Shown here: in pieces, positions 24,002-34,972 of the stretch
Numbering within the stretch: the first letter of the stretch is position 1
Layout: each line of letters starts with the position of its first letter
NCBI GenBank assembly: GCA_965644295.1
Contig: CBFFRP010000001.1
Coordinates: forward strand, 124,001 to 188,000
DNA: 64,000 nucleotides
Direction of reading: 5' to 3'
Source of the DNA: Paraphysomonas bandaiensis
Lineage: Eukaryota; Protista; Chrysophyceae
The notes under the pieces: generated by a model
Database searches by the model: none
What the model was told of the DNA's origin: nothing
What the model saw: the letters and a program-made list of their open reading frames with translations, nothing else
Translations under genes and position numbers: made by a program

Positions 24002-25792
24002 ATGCGTACTCACACCTCTGGTGTGCTTTCCCCTCACAGTGAATTGCTTTCAATGCAAGAAGGAAGTGCAGTATGCGACGGGACTGTGCGGATGGACCGG
24101 ACAGTAACGGAGCTGGCCATGTCTGTGACTGACAATCCTGCCGCTGTTAAGTCAGTTGTATCCCCCAAGATCCGTGGATGCACATGTTGTGGTCAGGAAA
24201 TAAGTACTGATAGTACCCTTGAGTGGTGCCAGTGTATGGTGTGCAAGCAGGTGGTATGCAGGCTGTGTTTAGTGCGATTACTGGGAGAGGCAGAGTACAG
24301 GAGGATCGCTATATCCGCAAAAGGTATGTGGAGATGTGGTCCTTGCACCGATGCAACGATAAAGGCACTTCCTCACAAGCAAGAGTGGCGTGAAGTATCT
24401 TACCAACCCACTCTGAAGCAGAAGAAACTGCGGAAACGAAAGAGAAGAGTCGTGTGCGATGACATCAGCAAAGGGCGTGAAGAATTCCCTATTCCATGTA
24501 TTAATGAATTCGATGATTCACTGCCTATACCATTTACTTACATTGTTGCACCTGCGCCTGGGAATGATGGCGCTTTGAAAAATAATGCGAACTTTAAGAC
24601 TTGCTGTTCGTGCGTTGATAACTGCCGTGATGCAAGCAAATGTGAGTGTGCAATAGCGATGGGTGGTCGGGCATACAACAGTAATGGTATATTGGTGGCA
24701 GACAAGCCAGGTGGTGTGTACGAATGTAACTATCTCTGTGCTTGTAATCGCCACAGATGTGTGAATCGAGTGGTTAGTCGGGGGCCGCGCTTCCCCCTAG
24801 AAGTTTTTCGCTGTGGGGATGAGCAACAGGACAAGGGCTGGGGCGTACGCTCCACAGTTGATATTCCACCTGGTTCTTTTGTTGCAGATTATATTGGGGA
24901 AATTCTGGAGGAGAAAGAATGCGAAAATCGTGGGGTACGATACGGCGACGAATACCTTTTTACGTTAGACTCGTGGGGCCGTGCTACAGGCAATCAACGC
25001 CTGGAAGATCTTGGAATTTCCAGGGAGCAACAGCGGTGGCGCCACACACATAGTGTTCAACTTACTCTTGCAACAAGCCCAAGCAAGCCCAACGGATCTG
25101 CGAAGCCAGATGAATTGTGTAGGAGGGAAAAGCTACCTATTGATCCTTTGCTTTGTGAAGTCGCCTCCATGTCCAGATCGGAAATACGTGAGTTGCTTGG
25201 ATCAAAACTTTTTGATACCATCTGCCGGTCAAGTTCTGTCCTTAAACGTAATGGTCGTTTGGTTTTGTGTGGTGGGCGGGGCACTGACGTAGAAGGGAAA
25301 GGCTCACTTGAGCCATACCTCCCAACATCTCCTCACTTCCGGAGGAGATGGATGCAGATGTGGTCTGATGCCAGGGCAGTAGTCACCGACAGAGTGTTGA
25401 GTGAAACGGAGGGTCGACATGACACTTTTGCAATTGATGCAAAGTAAGTATTTAAATGTAGAAATGTTTTTCCAGTGTGTCCTTACATGTAGATGTTGTA
25501 GATGGTGCGGAAATGTCGGGAGATTTCTGAACCATTCGTGTGATCCGAATTTAGAAAAAGTCAACGTTTTTGTTGATTCCCACGATGCGAGGGTTCCACG
25601 GTGGGTTTGATAGTAAATGTCGTATATTTTGAGTTAAATTAGGTTTAATGTAGGGTTGCTTTTTTTGCAAATAGTTTGATTAAGGCTGGGACAGAGTTGT
25701 GCTATGACTACGGCTACTTTACTGGGTACGTTGAAGGAAAGCACCGCACATGTTTATGTGGCGCTGCTAATTGTAGAAAGGAGATGTATTAA
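24002..25792 (+). CDS. H3K9-type histone methyltransferase: ADD/PHD-like finger, pre-SET, bifurcated SET, post-SET (3 exons)
   Basis: CSCVDNC...ECNYLCAC...CVNRVV pre-SET, KGWGVR, YIGEI, YLFTLD-insert-FAIDAK, [31 protein letters not shown]. Introns near 25444-25501 and 25601-25652. Confidence 0.9.
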
Positions 25793-26010
25793 TGAAATAA
25801 TAGTCACTTCCCTCAACGCCTTCAATGTTATTTTTACGTATTATTATTGCACTTATCTGGTTACACGAAACAAAATAATGTAGAATGTTTTCACTGTTGT
25901 TTCCCACTTGATTTACATGACTATTCACTTCCTACATTAACGTTCTGCTTGCTCACTGCGTTTGCTTTGAGTGAAAGAGCGCAAGTTGATACGTTTTGGA
26001 GCTTAAGCAT

Positions 26011-26218
26011 TGTCTCTAAAACGCCTTTGCTGATAATAATACGTTCAGTACTAAAAGATATTGTGTGTGGTGCTACCTTAATATTACTAATTTGTAGGTT
26101 AATTAACAGACCATGAATCCTAATTACTATTTCTACACATCATTATTGTAATATTGTAATGCTATATTAGTTCTGACTCTTAAATGTCTTTTGCTAATAA
26201 TAAGACATTCAGTACTAT
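26011..26218. repeat. Relic of dispersed repeat family ending TTAGTTCTGACTCTT...TGCTAATAATAAGACA, with ~40-bp internal direct repeat
   Basis: The same terminal motif occurs at 4301-4374, 33721-33791 and (inverted) 39093-39140. Confidence 0.55.
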
Positions 26219-26914
26219 CTTATAAATAGTATATAGTCATACATCCTTCCTTTGTAAGTATATTAACCTGTTACACCGTTGAGCTGATTTCACCTCTATT
26301 GTACACTATAAACTCACTTCAATTACACGAAATACATATCACATCATGCTGCAGAAATCATTTGCATAATGTCTATCACAACTCTACAACTACGACATTC
26401 TAGACTACTAATACTGCATATATATGTTTCTAAAGTTCGACATGTCGTTGTGTTAGAACTAACTTTAGAGAGTCATATTGGTTTTGTACACATGCGCTAA
26501 TAAAATATCCCAGAAGAGGTATGCAACATACTATGCATTCGACTTTGACATGCCTAGGACTATGGACGTGCTATGCAATGTAGTATTTTAGTTGCATGGT
26601 GAAAACGGAGTTATAAGTAGTAGTATTTCATATTGTATAAAATTATATTCTGCTTATATTTAAATCAGCTAGGGACATCTGCTAATATCGTGGTGTGATT
26701 CCTTCAATAGTCAATTCTATTCAATTCAACTGCATCGTTACCATTTACCACAAGCAATCCCGCTATATATGTTCTTCATATAATCCAATCGCACTGCAGT
26801 AAGAAATAAGTCGAAAAATCAGCAGTATTTCTGAGAGTACGACAATAAAATCTGTTCTTTGCATATATACTTCTATCGATGATAAGCCAAAATGTGGAGC
26901 CGATTCTGCATGCC

Positions 26915-27556
26915 TTAACTAACGGGGCATTTCCAAAAATTTCTCCACTCCAACTGTATGAAATCACACCATGCCTCGCGCATGTGTTCCGGAACATATT
27001 CTAGGGGTGTAGCCCCGCGATTGTCTGCCACAAAAACGAGCTGTGGATCCAGTCGCAGCAGCAGCTTCGCAATTTTAAATGAGTTTTCTCTTCGCCAGCA
27101 GAGATCATGTAGAGGAACTCGTCCGCAGTCGTCTGCTACCAGTTCCGCCCCATTCTCCAGAAGGAAAGTTATTGCCTCGAGTGAAGACCGCTTGCAAGCC
27201 AGGTGAAGTATGGACTCGCAGAACCGATTGCAGGCCGACATAACGTACCCCTCGTTCATCAGTTGAGACAAACGATTTACATCTGAAGTTCGCACTGCAG
27301 ATAATAGAGTGCTGTCGTAGCTACGGATTTGCTCATCACTCGGGTGTATGCGATACTTGGACTCGATTCCCGAATGAAAGATAGACACGTTGCCCTGACG
27401 GTTGAGAAGCATCTGCAGATAGATGAACGGGCACTCATACCCTAACATCGACCGCATATTGTGTCTCAGGGACTGTTCTTCACTGCCAATGAGTTGACTC
27501 TTGCCGTAACAGGAATCTAGTGGCAGATTCATATCATGGAGACGCTGTGAGGTCAT
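26915..27556 (-). CDS. Ankyrin-repeat protein (single exon)
   Basis: ESILHLACKR, GRVPLHDLCWR, RGATPLEYV; 213-aa ORF. Confidence 0.85.
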   Translation of the reverse strand: MTSQRLHDMNLPLDSCYGKSQLIGSEEQSLRHNMRSMLGYECPFIYLQMLLNRQGNVSIFHSGIESKYRIHPSDEQIRSYDSTLLSAVRTSDVNRLSQLMNEGYVMSACNRFCESILHLACKRSSLEAITFLLENGAELVADDCGRVPLHDLCWRRENSFKIAKLLLRLDPQLVFVADNRGATPLEYVPEHMREAWCDFIQLEWRNFWKCPVS

Positions 27557-29609
27557 ATCTAATTATCAACCCCCTAATAGAGGCCGTACATAACAGTTTA
27601 CTCGTTGCAGGTAAGAGTAGTGCGGTGAGTGTCATCATATGCAGGTTCGTGTGCGTGGTAAGATGCATGATATTCCGGCTCTATCAGTCCACGTCCATCT
27701 CTGAGTCAGTAATGACGTATTCGGCCCATGCGGAACGACTTCGTGTCAACTGGATATGATACACTGCTGTATATATACGTGTAGTTCACACCCCTACAGC
27801 TGTATCTAGAAACTCCAGAAATGCAGGAATTCTTGCAGCAGAAGATCCTTCTCCGTACTGGTGTACATGTAGAGATGGACGTCAGGTCAACCCATGGTGT
27901 GAGTGTACTCTGTACACTAATAACAAAGCAACACATTCAGATACCCCATTATGCGCTGTCTGTTGTCGCTGTAGTAACACTTTCTGGTGGTGTGAATGCT
28001 GTGGACTCTTGTCGACTATGTGTCCTCATCCGACCACCAGAGAGTGATATCACACCGCTGCCCATTCATGTCAGTGCGTACATACTGTCCATGCACATCA
28101 GCTGAATGTGTGAAACATATACACTTAGTTATTATGCACTGGCGCTAGAGAACACTTCGTGTGGGACTCTTTACCATTAGATGCTTATTGCTGGGAAGCA
28201 TTTCTTGTAAAAAATCCGTTGGGACATAAATATTTCTATCGTATGGTGATCTTACATACGTCAATATATATATATCTGCTTTATTGCAACTTCAAAATTA
28301 CTTCTTTCACAATATTATATATATATATATATGCATTTCAATATATTGTAAAATAAATTGATTAGTGGACCGGACAAAATTTCCATCAATATTGTTTTCG
28401 TTAAAGTAGCTCGCAATATATTGCAATCAATATTTTGATTGTCATATACCGAGAGCTTCTTAACTGTAGGGTGCAAAATATGAGTCCATATATATAAATT
28501 ATGAAGCAATACAGAGGATAATGAAGCTAATGTTGGCTATGCGGAAGTATATATTTAGTCAATTAAGAAACGAAAAATTAAAATATCTAAGTACAATGTG
28601 CACGAGTCATGTTGTATGTACTTCCGATCCGATAAATGTAAACGCCTGTTCAGCGCAGCAAACCCTATTTTATTAGCGTTGCGGAAACGTATCATACCAC
28701 TTTTAATATGATGATGTTTCTGAAAGCAAATCGACAATTGCGGCCGGATGCATGCATATTCAATCTACGGATGTGTTTTCTTACTAATCAATGATGCTGC
28801 TACATTGTAATAGTATGTTGGGCCGGTTCTAAAATTGCAATATATTGTTTCATTGTTACCGAACCATGGTGTATATGATAACATGATAACCGAGTTTTGT
28901 GTATGTATGTTGTATGTATGCCGCATTATGTCATCGTAACAGATATAATATTGAGTTTCATAGACTGCTTGGAATGCCAGAACAATTATAAGCTAGTAAG
29001 AATCAGTAGTTTGCGTTGCATTAAAATGGCAAGGCATTAAAATTGAGAGATAAATCTGGATGCGACACTTCGTATGTACAATAAAAGAGTAAACTTCCTC
29101 GATAAATAGTTGTATAAATTATCCATTCGTTCGTCGTACAGGTATCGTTCGAGAGTATACTGTTTTATTATTACCAACCAGTTTACAAGGCATACTTCTC
29201 AGACACAAAATTACGTAAAATTTCTATCATCTTAATATATCATCGAAGGACACCTTTGATACAAAAGTAATCAAAAAGTATATTATGTCATTCACCAGAT
29301 CTCAAGAACTGGAAACTTGCATAATCGACAGCGCTTCCACCACTGGGCTCAATGAAGGTTTCGCACACATTAGATTGTATCACATAGTTCTATCAACTGG
29401 GCATCACCACACTACTAGCCTCATAACTATCAACTTCCCCATAACTTCAAGATAGAGCTGCGCATACTACTCCATATCGTTGCCTAACTCAATGAGACTG
29501 AAAGAGATACCACGACTCCTTTATGGCTTGCCAACGCGTGTAACAAAATGAGTGAGATTTACACAATCAAAGAATAAGTGTATGTAATGTTAGCACCCGC
29601 AGGTACGGT

Positions 29610-29840
29610 TCAAGACTCCGGCTCCGCTAAACACTGTACAATTTTCCTCTTATTTTCTCGCTGCTGGCAACAGCATTTGTATAGCAGAATAAGTAGGACG
29701 AAAATAATTATGACGATGAAAGCTAGAACAAAAATAGATATCTGAGGAGGTGAATCGTCACCTTCTGGCGCTGTTGGTGACAATGTCGGAGAGTTGAGAA
29801 GCTTTCTAGATCTGATACAACCATGCCCACTCATTTCCCT
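29610..29840 (-). CDS. Possible exon of a small single-pass membrane protein
   Basis: SPTxSPT stalk, hydrophobic ISIFVLAFIVIIIFVLLILLY, KCCC, basic tail; AG acceptor upstream. Full gene model not resolved. Confidence 0.3.
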   Translation of the reverse strand, partial: REMSGHGCIRSRKLLNSPTLSPTAPEGDDSPPQISIFVLAFIVIIIFVLLILLYKCCCQQRENKRKIVQCLAEPES

Positions 29841-30377
29841 CTGTAAAGGAAATTCAATTTACGAAATAGGAACAATACACCCTTGAAAAATTACCACATG
29901 CAGGTAAAGCATAAAAAGTGCAACTGACTGGTATTCATTATCTCGCTATTCATAAAATTTAATGCCATCTTGCTACTTCGTTTGTGGTGTGCGGAACAAT
30001 AACACTCTGTGCAGCTAGCTAGCTGTACTGTACTGGACGAAACGGTTACTTGATGTTGACTAGACCTCCGTATACTGTAATATACGGTACAAGTGTGCTT
30101 ATAGTGGACACTGCTATATACCGGTATATATACCGTATACTGTTGTATATGGAATATGGGGTCCTATTTGTCGAGAAGTACGAAGTTTTTTTACGTATTA
30201 TTTTCTGTATACATGCGTATTCCTATCATGATAATATGTATGTACATGTACACCATCCGCATGGCTGGCCGGCAGATTAATGTATGCGTTAGCTAAGTCA
30301 CTTGCATGGCACCTCATCATTTGGAGTGTTCGTTGTTGCTTACTTAAGTGTGGCAACGGACTTTTTTCTCAGTTCAG

Positions 30378-31970
30378 ATGTTGGGTTGTAGGGTGCATAA
30401 CTTCACCCGCTACACTCTTAGGGATACATGCAGGTCTATTGCTGCTCCTCGCCGCTTCCTATCGAAACATCGTGTACTCTTCCGAAAATTCAGCTCATCA
30501 TTCCGGAATATAGACAGAAATGAAGTATTTCACTTGCTGGGGCTGACTTCTCTGAGTTCAGATGATATTCAAAAATGTTTCGATCGATATAAAGCTCCAG
30601 ACGGAAATTTAGATATATCTGAAGTCAGACGAAGTTTGGCCACCAGCCGAACTCTTTCTACTAAAGAAATTGATGAGGTTGTAAATGAATTATTTGTTAA
30701 GCACAACAATACCATATCGGATGTGCAGTTTGATATCATTGTTAAAGGGATGGCAAAGAAGTTTGATACCCGAGTTTGGCCTATCGCACTCTCTTTCGTC
30801 CTAACTGGTATAAGTGTTGGTGTCATTGTCCCTTGCATGCCAATTCTTGTAAATGAAATCAATATGCCGTCATATCAGTTTGGGATGGTGGTATCGTCAT
30901 TTGGAATTGCAAAGCTGTTTGGAAATATTCCCTCAAGTCATTTTGTCAGTGCGAATGGAAGGAAGCCATTGATCACTGCCGGTTTAGGAATTACTGCGGT
31001 GGGTATAGGTGGCCTAGGTGCTGGTCTTATTCCTGGTTTGGGATTTCCATGGATATTTTGCTGCCGCCTTTTAACTGGTATTGGAGTCTCGGCTATTACA
31101 ACTGGAGGACAAATGTATCTGGCTGATATCTCCACGCGACTTAATCGAGTGCAAACTATGACACCTGTAATGATGGGTTTTCAGGCAGGAATGTCATTGG
31201 GCCCTGCTATTGGTGGCAGTATGATAGAAACAATAGGTGTTGGTCCAACGTATTACACCGTTGGAGGACTAATTTTAGGTGTTGCGGCCCTGAACATGCA
31301 CATACTATCGGAAACTTTGCGGACGCCACAAGTGAGTGTGCCAAAACCAAAATTAAAAGATGCGTTTTCAACTTCTGTGGCATCATGGAAACGTATTGTT
31401 AGGCAATATACTGATCTAAACCAAATTCTTCTAGTCAATACAGCGTACTGGACAGCGTTATCGGGAATACAGATGACTGCGCTTCCTATGTTTATGGTTG
31501 GCTCCAATCTATCCTTAGGCCCAAGTGAAATAGGTTTTTGCTTCGCGAGTATGGCAGTGACATCCGTCGCTATGTCACAACCTCTTGCCTATATCGCTGA
31601 TAGATATAGCAAAAAGTACTTGATGCTTGTGGGTTGCGGGCTCATATCATCATCGTCGATGCTTCTACCGTTTGCATCATCCGTCGATAGTTTAATGATT
31701 TCGTTGCTCCCTCTTGCTTTGGGGTCAACAATTATGCAAAATGTTCCCACTGCATATGTGGTCAATATTTGTCATGAAGATGACAAGGTTCAAGCGACTA
31801 ATTTGCTTCGTACTTTAGGGGATGTGGGCTTAATAGTTGGTGGCACAACTTCTGGAGTATTAGCAGCAGTGCTTCCCTTAGATGCTGTAATTCAAACTCA
31901 AGGACTACTACTTTTAGCTACTACGGCGTATATATGGTGCAATAGCTACCAGCAAATTTTTCGGTTATAG
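30378..31970 (+). CDS. MFS transporter with N-terminal transit-peptide-like and degenerate EF-hand-like extension
   Basis: About 12 hydrophobic helices, MFS motifs (GRKPLI, CRLLTGIG, GPAIGG, ADRYSKK). First ATG at 30378 (ORF track starts at GTG 30348). Confidence 0.9.
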   Translation: MLGCRVHNFTRYTLRDTCRSIAAPRRFLSKHRVLFRKFSSSFRNIDRNEVFHLLGLTSLSSDDIQKCFDRYKAPDGNLDISEVRRSLATSRTLSTKEIDEVVNELFVKHNNTISDVQFDIIVKGMAKKFDTRVWPIALSFVLTGISVGVIVPCMPILVNEINMPSYQFGMVVSSFGIAKLFGNIPSSHFVSANGRKPLITAGLGITAVGIGGLGAGLIPGLGFPWIFCCRLLTGIGVSAITTGGQMYLADISTRLNRVQTMTPVMMGFQAGMSLGPAIGGSMIETIGVGPTYYTVGGLILGVAALNMHILSETLRTPQVSVPKPKLKDAFSTSVASWKRIVRQYTDLNQILLVNTAYWTALSGIQMTALPMFMVGSNLSLGPSEIGFCFASMAVTSVAMSQPLAYIADRYSKKYLMLVGCGLISSSSMLLPFASSVDSLMISLLPLALGSTIMQNVPTAYVVNICHEDDKVQATNLLRTLGDVGLIVGGTTSGVLAAVLPLDAVIQTQGLLLLATTAYIWCNSYQQIFRL

Positions 31971-32838
31971 TATACTGCAACTTCTTTGATATATGTAATA
32001 AGCACTCTAGTATCGTACTTTGTACTCTGATTTCAAGGAATTTAAAAGCTGTATTTCAAGGAGTTTAAATTATATATGTAACTTGAAGAATACAGTAGTG
32101 ATTAACAGTATTATGGGAACTAATGTCATAGTAGTATTTATATGAATATCTGATTATTACATGAGAACGGTTGTGTACAGAAACTAGTTTTACATCTATA
32201 GACTAACTAGTAGCTGGACTTGCTATATGCGACTAGTAGAAGTATTTATATTAGTGAAACTGATATATATTGACTGTCAAAGATCGTATGAACATGATTG
32301 GTAGTTGGGATGATAAGAATTTGGCGATTATTAACAATTAACAATGAATTATAGGAGTAAATATTCTTCAAGTAGCGATACATAGTTGTTTTCTTCTTGC
32401 TGCGCTTGGTGTCTTCTCGTCAGAGAGTCGACACCATCATCTTCATTTTCCTCTTCTTCATGAGTTCTGTCCAACCATCTCATGAACTAGGCCAAATGAA
32501 TTGCGCAACATTTCTTTCACTCTCTTTTCAACTTGCTGCGCCAAAGCATCCAGATATTTTATTATTCTACTTCTTGATATTGGCTTCAGATTGATACACA
32601 CACTACTGTAAACTGTAAATTATAAAATTATATAATCAAGTATAATGTTTCAAACTAGAATAAGTATGTGTTTAAATTTATCCATGACCAAAACTCTAAA
32701 TATCCATGATTTCGACGGCAGAAAAACAGTTCAAAGCGTTGATAATACCATGCACATACCACTGTGCACGTCTGGTTTGTAGTGATCTTCAATAATCCTG
32801 CAGTATCGTGTATAAGGCATGATATGTAAGATTATTAC

Positions 32839-33791
32839 AATTCAGAAGTGGAGAATACGGAATACGTAGCTAGCCGAGTTCCTATGAACTTGGCTTATGG
32901 CATACAACCCACGAGAGTACTGTGCAGTAGTTAAAGTCTTATGTATAAGTAGTTTGATGAAAACTAGCAGGGCCAGGTAAAAATATATTGGATTGCAATA
33001 TATTGCAATTATTTATTTATGCGTGCTACAATATATTGATTATTATTTAAGCATGCTAGTGCGTCTTAGAAAATATATTTGGTTAATCATTAACGACTCT
33101 TTATAATCGCATAACTCATTATTGCTGGCAATATATTGCAATATATTGATGTCATCCCCTGAAAACTAGTCAAGCTAGATATACTTCTACTTTCTACCTG
33201 TAACTAAAACTAGTACAAATTCACATATCCTACTATGTAACGCTACAAAAGTTGCCTGTGCGTCGCCGCAAGCACCAAGGTGCGACCACTTTCGTCCTTG
33301 TATGTGAGAGAAAAGATCTCTTGTATGTGAACGTGAGTCCGTGAAGCGCAGATGCAGAGAGGCGTTCCTTGGGGTAAGGATCTGCAGGGCTCTGGGAAGG
33401 CACATGGTTCTGAATTAGTGAGTCGAGTGTTTCTAGCTTGAGATACATGGGCGAGGGGGTGGGTTGGGACTCCGGCGTATCTGGAGATGGCGCGGGCTAC
33501 GAGTTGGGCCTGGGGTGAACGGGGTATTGGGCTACCTGCTGCTGAAGTCAAGCATTCAGGCTGTTCACCTTAAGGATTAAAAATCCTGAAGTTAGCAGAT
33601 TTTAGGTATATCAGCATTCTGCTTGCTTACTGAGTGATAGAGCGAACGTGGTTGCACCTTGGCGCTTGCCGTGACGCACAAGCAGCTTTTGTAGCGTTAA
33701 ATAGTAGGATATCAGAGCTAAGTACTAGTTAGTTAATTTTCAATGTTACATTAGTTCTGACTCTTACACGCCTATTGCTAATAATAAGACA
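32839..33791 (-). mobile_element. Unclassified dispersed element (copy A) with 67-bp internal inverted repeats
   Basis: Closely similar inverted copy at 39093-39797; arms at 33225-33291 and 33646-33712. Confidence 0.75.
32968..33161. mobile_element. hAT-type MITE nested in copy A
   Basis: CAGGG...CCCTG ends and a perfect 8-bp TSD AAAACTAG (32960-32967, 33162-33169). Copy B has the empty site with a single AAAACTAG. Confidence 0.9.
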
Positions 33792-34972
33792 TCACTACTT
33801 CTATGACTTTTGAACATTTTGTTCGATTAGATTGCTGAAGAAGCGTTATGCCGTTAGACTAGATGGATTATTATTTTAAATAGGCAATTGTGCGTTGTCA
33901 TGATGTCAACAATATATGCAACAGTTGGATTTTCTGAACACAAGAATAGGTGCATTTTTTGATCAATATGGTAAAATGCAAGCGTTGCAGTATATGTAGT
34001 ACGAAACTACTGTATATACCAACATTAAGCTCGATAGGGCTAATGACTTATGTATGGTAATGTACACTACATCCAACACGCTGTCCAGTAGAGAACACAG
34101 GAACTGCACGAGTGTTTACTCACACCTTAGTAGGCTCTTCAACATACTTCCACACAATAGAGCAGACACTGCTCGAGAGGACAATACAGTGACTTTGTTG
34201 GCGCTAATAACATATATAAGAAATAATGTACTACAACATTCATGTCAATACACCACCTGAAAAGCAGTTGACGGATCTCAATAATAATTAGATGATGACT
34301 GCACGAGCATCACTTATCGTGTTCGGCGAAAGCTGGTACCTGTAATGCGGTTGCGCAGCTTTATACCATTACAGGCTGGTACATATAACACATACAGCAC
34401 AACTATTAGCATATTAATTCAATAACAAGTTTCACTATACCAAACGGTACATGAAGCCTGGTGGACTATATCTACCATTACAGGTTTAGTCGCAACGACA
34501 TTGAATCAACCTCTGTGTCTCGAACTGGAGGACCGAGTAGAACTGAAGTATGTTATAATGAAGCGTATTAAACAAGTACATCAGTCTACAAGCATGGCTG
34601 TAGAATATCAGAAAAATGCTTGCATAAAACAAAAACTGGGAAATCCATGTATGTACTGTTCGTTTAGGGGCTGAAAATAGGATTTCTACTTCGTTCGTAG
34701 GACATGGTATTTTTCGTAGTCCAGCTTTTTGAAAAAGTCAGGTTTCTGTTTTGTGGAACATATCCACAAAAGTGTATCATTTCCGTTTTTGGTTTGTGCG
34801 ACACACTGCAGTGGCAGCAGCACACTGTATTTAATAGTAAAGTATAGCATTTCGCAGGCAGCTAACTTATTATTAACGTCTTTGAAATTCTGCCTGTCGT
34901 ATACTTTTCCTTGACAATTTCATCCTCATATAGAAATAGATATTACGAAGAGAGCCCGACTGTGTGGTGATT

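Noticed and set aside
26011-26207. Solo LTR (TGTCT...AGACA)
   Set aside because: No TSD, and similarity extends past the putative end; kept only as an unclassified repeat.
33187-33551. Short ORFs within the BBS1-flanking repeats (also 39375-39659)
   Set aside because: Frames differ between the two copies because of indels; no recognisable domain.
34338-34380. Hairpin CCTGTAATG...CATTACAGG as Helitron end or ncRNA
   Set aside because: Only a 9-bp stem, no adjacent CTRR terminus, no other support.
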